Positions 62,050 to 64,000 of a stretch of 64,000 nucleotides of DNA are shown piece by piece. The notes under the pieces were generated by a model. That model worked only from the letters and a program-made list of their open reading frames with translations, had not been told where the DNA came from and ran no database searches. Both the position numbers and the translations under genes were made by a program. The stretch is from Protoeuglena noctilucae (lineage: Eukaryota): NCBI GenBank assembly GCA_958009085.1, contig OY253668.1:1488001-1552000 (forward strand), given 5' to 3'. How positions within the stretch are numbered: position 1 is the first letter of the stretch; every line of letters starts with the position of its first letter.

Positions 62050-64000
62050 GCCCTAGGCGTCCCTTGTGCCCCGCTGATCGCGTGCCGGCCTCGCCCTGCC
62101 CTCCCTGACGACTCTTCCATCCTGGCCGCGTCCCCCACTCTCCGCAGAGCCAGGGTGGCGAGTCGCGCCTCAGGCGCAAGCGCGTCTCGCCTGCTGGCAG
62201 TCGGGGTGGGTCTGCCTTGGTGCGTGGTGGGGACGCTGGGGCTGCTGAAATGGGTGGCGACGCGGTGACGGAGCCAGGAGATGAGGGTCTTGATGACGGC
62301 CTTCTCGCCGACCGGGTTCCGGGGGAGGATAGGGCCCCCGGGGCCCGTGGGGTGGGCGGCGCGAGTGGGGTGGCTGAATATGGGGCGGTCGAGGGCGCGG
62401 AGATGGCTCCGCGTGGCTTGGCGGGGGAGGGTCTGGGCTTTCGCCGTCGAGAGGGGGCCTGGGTTGCGGAGGGCGGCAAGGGAATGGGTGGCATGGAGGC
62501 CCAGGGGCCCTACGAGGGGTCGCCCCAGTCCGCGGTGGCGACGATGCAGTCTGGGGTCACGGAGGAGCTTGGGGGGTGCGTGGGGGTGGCGTGTGCGGAG
62601 CCGGGCGAGTGCGAGGCGAACGAGGATGGGTCGGGTGTGTCGGTGCACGGGGCGGGCGTGGGGCCTCGCCACATTCCGGGGTCGGGGGACGGGAGGGGCG
62701 AGGAGGGTGCGGGGGCGTTGGAGCTGGGCGGTAAGGGGGACGGCAAGGCGGGGACAGGCGCCCGCAGGGCGGCGGGGACGAGCGAGGCGACCGCGGACGA
62801 GGGCACTGGGGTTCTGCCGGTGAGTGCGTCTGTGAGGGTCGGATGAGAGGATCGCTGTCAGGATGCTGTCGCTACGAGCAGTGCGTTGCACATCGCGTAG
62901 GATGCGCCACCTGCAACCGATTCTTGCCAGCCCACCGCTTGTGGCGGGTCCCGCTGGCCCGCTGCGGGCTCCATCGTTTTGCCACCCTACCCTGGCCGTC
63001 GTCCCCGGTTCCCGCAGCGCCAGCGCAAGAACCGCAGCACCCGGCGCGACATGGCCAACATGACCAACGCGCACGTGGTGAAGCAGAAGTGGACGGAGGA
63101 GGAGGTGCGGGCACTCAAGATGGGCGTGAAGCGTTTCGGGGTGGGGCGCTGGCGGCACATCCAGAACGACCCGGTGCTCGGGGAGATCCTGGCGTGCCGC
63201 AGGTGAGCGGCGGGTTTCGATTGTGCGGCCGGGGTCGCGCCGGACAGGCTCAGCACGAGCGTCTTGTTTAAGACGCTTGTTTAAGACGCCATGAGAACCC
63301 AGGCCGCTCTCGCTTCGCCGCAGCAACGTGGATTTAAAGGACAAGTGGCGCAACCTCACGAGCGTCCCACAAGTGAAGCGGAGGCGCCAGTGGGCGGCGT
63401 CCGCGGAGGCCGGGGGCAGCGTCGGCGTCCCACCGACGCCGGGGCCGCTCCCGCTCTTGACGGGGTTTCGGCCCCCGCTCCCGCCCTGCTCGCTGCCGCC
63501 GCTCCCGCCGGGTCTCCTCGGCTCGCAACTGCTCAAGGGCATCGAGCTGCCCGCACTGGACCTGTCGGCGCTCACGATCCCCCCGGAGCTCTCTGCGGGA
63601 GGGCTCCCGAGCGGCCCGGCGTCTGCCGAGTGGCCCATGGCCGTGCTGCCGCCCGCGCCCGCCGACCCCTCGCCCGTCGACTCGACGCCGCACAGTGCGG
63701 GGAGAGGCGCGGGGCGCGGCGGGCGCTCCCGCGGGCGCGGGCGTGGGGCGGGCGTGCGCCGCGCCTCCCGTGCCGCCTCTGCGCCCTCGACGGCGGGCCG
63801 CACCGCCCGGAGTAGTGACGGCGCCGGGGCTGGCAGCGACCGGGACGACCTCTCGGAGGGCCTCGTCCTCGCGGCCATGATGGAGCTGGGCCGGGGGGGC
63901 TCGGAGGCGTGCGGGGACGCGCCCGTGTCTGGGCTGGGCCCCTCACGCCCGAGCAAGGCGGACACCGAGGTGCGCGGCGCGTCCGTCAGCGTCCACGGCG
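62050..64000 (+). CDS. Single-MYB telobox (telomere-repeat-binding, TRB/TRFL-like) protein; partial, runs off the window
   Basis: KQKWTEEEVRALKMGVKRFGVGRWRHI..ACR|SNVDLKDKWRNL; acidic Gly-rich upstream exon; start unresolved. Confidence 0.82.
63260..63288. repeat. 13-bp direct duplication with a small hairpin in an intron
   Basis: cttgtttaagacg twice (63263-63288); cgtctt-gttt-aagacg inverted repeat. Confidence 0.7.

Noticed and set aside
61554..63965. 803-aa minus-strand ORF
   Set aside because: Antisense shadow of the telobox MYB gene in very GC-rich DNA; Arg/Pro/Ala-rich with no domain.
1..64000. Stop-codon reassignment, selenocysteine, tRNA/rRNA/snRNA, CRISPR arrays, transposons or viral inserts
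   Set aside because: TGA, TAG and TAA all terminate genes; no in-frame stops in conserved exons; no such RNA signatures, spaced repeats, transposase/RT motifs or intronless foreign island seen.

Overview
Gene-dense, very GC-rich eukaryotic nuclear DNA with many short spliceosomal introns. The gene set (plastid starch, photosynthesis and riboflavin genes, plus cilium-type proteins and a Kir channel) points to a compact, flagellate green alga (chlorophyte; inference). I reconstructed about 24 intron-containing genes by hand: PPIP5K/VIP1 (partial), bHLH, proteasome alpha-3, DPE1, RING-H2 E3, a membrane half-RING protein, MetAP1, Kir channel, GATA, lumazine synthase, PAM68, HEATR6-like, FLP/MYB88-like MYB, PGRL2-like, NAPE-PLD, TCP11-like, ASCH, TOG, CAS-like rhodanese, TFIIF-beta, telobox MYB (partial) and several unknowns. 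I found no rRNA, tRNA, CRISPR array or transposon. Top observations: (1) an inward-rectifier K+ channel whose C-terminus is an apparently inactive DEAD-box helicase-C (RecA2)-like domain; (2) an unusually high number of GC-AG introns, mostly AG|GCGAG, several required to restore conserved motifs; (3) tandem duplications of splice-donor junctions in PPIP5K; (4) a membrane protein keeping only one RING zinc site. Exon boundaries and family calls come from reading and motif recognition, not database searches.
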